A stretch of 64,000 nucleotides of DNA from a virus, in the IMG/VR virus record IMGVR_UViG_3300027805_000011, positions 3,017-67,016 of that record; one strand, given 5' to 3'. The notes below the pieces were generated by a model that was given only the letters and a program-made list of their open reading frames with translations, was not told where the DNA came from and made no database searches. Positions 62,073-64,000 of the stretch are shown here, piece after piece. The position numbers and the translations under genes are program-made. The stretch's first letter is position 1. Every line of letters starts with the position of its first letter.

Positions 62073-63449
62073 TTATTTACGGTAATGTTTGGAGACGATG
62101 GCTTCGGCTCCCAGCGGGAGATCCGGAGCCCAAATTGGTGGGGTCGACATGATTTCTTCGATCACTTGGCGGTGATCTTCGGCGTCATACTCATCGACAA
62201 GGACGACGACTTCGTCGTGGATACGCATGAGGATTTCATAACCGGCGTCTTCTAGGGCGCAGCAGCGGTCCATGAAGACATCGCGGGCAAGCGCCTGCGT
62301 GGCATTTTCTGCGAGCAGACCGCCGTAGAGTTTCACGTCCATGAGCTTCCCGAGCCGCGGGAGCTTGGCGACAATGCTCCCGGTGACGCGGCGAACATCG
62401 CGGTAGACGAGTTCTCGTCCGGAGGGTAGGGGGATGGTCAGTTCTCTGTCGTTCGGGTCGGTGGCGATGCGGAGCGCACGATCGAGCTTGGCCCAGAGTG
62501 CGGTGATCTTCGGGGACGACTCGCGGTAGGACTGCACAATTTGTTGCGATTCCTGTGAGGTAATGTCGAGTCCCGCCAGCATCTTGGCGACGAGTTGGAA
62601 CTTGGCCGCACCGCAACCGTAGCCGAGTCCTAGGACGCGGGCCTTGGCCAGAAAGCGCATCTTCGGGTCCACGTCCTTGAGCGGACGAGGATCGTTGTAG
62701 CCCATCGTCGCTCTGGCGTGCGCCTCGTAGATGTCGATACCGGAGGCGATCAGTTTGAGGAGATCCTTGTCGCCCGCGAGGTAGGGGAGGCAGCGTGCTT
62801 CGATCTGCGCGAGGTCGCAGATGATGAGCGTATTGCCCTTCGGTGCCTCGATGAGGTTGCGGATGTCGACGCCGGCCACTTCGCCCTTGGGGATATTCTG
62901 GGCATTCCAGCCGCCGCCTCCGCTATCCCGTCCGGTCGTGGCACCGAAGTATTTGAGTTCGTAGCCCATCCGGCCGTCCGGCCGCGTCCGGGCGATCATC
63001 GCCTGCACCGTCTTGAGATGTTTATTGGCCTTGCGGTAGTCGCGCACGGCGCGGACCCACGGGAATTGGTCGGCGAACTCGGCTTCCCATGCCGCGCCCT
63101 CGGGATCTTTCTCCGCGAAAGACTTCGGTGAGCGGATGCCCTCCTTCTCGCACTGGTCGCGGATTGCTTGCAGGGAGAGGGGAGGATACTCGCCGCCGAT
63201 CCACGGCAGGAGAGCTTCGGTCCGGCGCTTCTCCTCGATGAGCTTGGCTTCCGCGGCCTTGAGCTTCTCCATATTGACTGGCACTCCGCGCATTCCCATC
63301 TCGCGGGTCATGCGGGAAATCCGCCACTCATGGTCGGGCATCTTGTGTGCGTGCTCCTTCCAGAGCAGGAAGGTGGCCTTGGCGTCGTAGAGTGCGTAGC
63401 GGGCGACTTCTTTTTTGAAGTCGGGCGTCATGTAGGGTGACTTAGGCAC
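62073..63449 (-). CDS. polA: Family A DNA polymerase, part carrying ExoIII and the polymerase domain
   Basis: YALYDA (ExoIII), TGR.SG, DLAQIEAR (motif A), RFLAKARVLGLGYG (motif B), IHDE (motif C). Confidence 0.92.
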   Translation of the reverse strand: MPKSPYMTPDFKKEVARYALYDAKATFLLWKEHAHKMPDHEWRISRMTREMGMRGVPVNMEKLKAAEAKLIEEKRRTEALLPWIGGEYPPLSLQAIRDQCEKEGIRSPKSFAEKDPEGAAWEAEFADQFPWVRAVRDYRKANKHLKTVQAMIARTRPDGRMGYELKYFGATTGRDSGGGGWNAQNIPKGEVAGVDIRNLIEAPKGNTLIICDLAQIEARCLPYLAGDKDLLKLIASGIDIYEAHARATMGYNDPRPLKDVDPKMRFLAKARVLGLGYGCGAAKFQLVAKMLAGLDITSQESQQIVQSYRESSPKITALWAKLDRALRIATDPNDRELTIPLPSGRELVYRDVRRVTGSIVAKLPRLGKLMDVKLYGGLLAENATQALARDVFMDRCCALEDAGYEILMRIHDEVVVLVDEYDAEDHRQVIEEIMSTPPIWAPDLPLGAEAIVSKHYRK

Positions 63450-63615
63450 TCGGCTTGGGAATCGGAATAGGTTGAGCCAAGAGGTAAGGCCGCAGATGCG
63501 ACTTCCGGCTACCGGGCTTGCGGCGGTAACCGACCAAGGCGAAGTCCTCGCCGGACTTGGCGAAGATCGGGAGCAGCCGGCCTTTATCGATGAGCTTTTT
63601 GATTTTAGGATTCAT
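63442..63615 (-). CDS. Small basic ORF inserted within the split polymerase locus
   Basis: 57 aa from ATG 63615; its stop overlaps the polymerase GTG. Confidence 0.55.
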   Translation of the reverse strand: MNPKIKKLIDKGRLLPIFAKSGEDFALVGYRRKPGSRKSHLRPYLLAQPIPIPKPSA

Positions 63616-63814
63616 GTCTGACAAAGGTCTGGTCACTCAGCCACATCGCTTGGAGGTGCTCGTGTGACATGTCCTCTTTCCAGAGGAACGCCGCCTTGCG
63701 GTTGGTTTTCGGATCGTGTTCGAAGGTGACATAGCCATCGTTCTCATGGCCGAAATCCTCCGGTGTCTGCCATCCGCTGATCGCGGTGAATACTTTCAAG
63801 AGTCCTTTGTCCAT
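63605..63814 (-). CDS. Small ORF inserted within the split polymerase locus
   Basis: 69 aa. ATG 63814 has SD AAAGGG and overlaps the end of the exonuclease fragment. Confidence 0.55.
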   Translation of the reverse strand: MDKGLLKVFTAISGWQTPEDFGHENDGYVTFEHDPKTNRKAAFLWKEDMSHEHLQAMWLSDQTFVRHES

Positions 63815-64000
63815 ATCATCCCTTTCATGTTCGTTCGGGTGGATTTACTCATCTTGATTCCGAGGAGCTCGGAGGCCGCTTCCTTGAGCGACCTGGGGTA
63901 TCCCAGGTAGGCCGCGAGGTCGGCCGTATCGAAGACGAAGCGCGGTTTGACCGGAGGCACGGTGCCGGACTCGACGAGCGCCTCGAAGAGCGTCAGGTCA
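63796..64000 (-). CDS. N-terminal 3'-5' exonuclease fragment of the DNA polymerase (start beyond the right edge)
   Basis: Manual translation DLTLFEAL...FDTADLAAYLGYPRSLKEAASELLGIKMSKSTRTNMKGMIWTKDS-stop (TGA 63798-63796), typical of the region after ExoII. Confidence 0.7.
   Translation of the reverse strand, partial: DLTLFEALVESGTVPPVKPRFVFDTADLAAYLGYPRSLKEAASELLGIKMSKSTRTNMKGMIWTKDS

Noticed and set aside
63447-63798. Group I intron or TGA recoding explaining the polymerase interruption
   Set aside because: No group I core (P7, J8/7) elements were recognised. TGA readthrough gives a non-protein-like sequence, meets another TGA and ends in the wrong frame. Splicing is kept only as a testable alternative.

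Overview
The window is most of the genome of a temperate, short-tailed (podovirus-like) dsDNA phage, roughly 60% GC by eye. A Verrucomicrobiota-like host is inferred but not proven. No host chromosomal genes were recognised. From left to right: (1) a truncated tyrosine integrase and an attP-like site, consisting of a 3' tRNA fragment plus arm-type repeats. (2) A plus-strand morphogenesis block (1.2-43.4 kb): large terminase, accessory paralogues and glycosyltransferase-like genes, portal, HNH protein, tail fibres, lysis genes, scaffold, major capsid, tail tube, a repeat-expanded adaptor-like protein, and three ejection proteins including one of 3615 aa. (3) A minus-strand early/accessory block (43.4-57.5 kb): methyltransferase, GT34, zincin, vWA plus MoxR AAA+, Ogg-like glycosylase, amidoligase plus class II glutamine amidotransferase, and many small ORFs. 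(4) A divergent terS-like HTH gene and an iteron-rich origin candidate. (5) A minus-strand replication block: dCMP deaminase, primase-helicase, family A DNA polymerase. The most unusual observations are: a DNA polymerase split inside its exonuclease domain by two coupled small ORFs; a 104-aa tandem-repeat adaptor protein; TGTTCG-N4-CGAACA palindromes at early gene starts; about 35 CCTAGG sites found only in the right half; a recurring TAATAAC motif before genes; a protein-like ORF nested in the giant ejection protein; and a dispersed glycosylation gene set linked by a shared VMPPGGW motif. All counts were made by hand and all family assignments come from motif recognition, not database searches.
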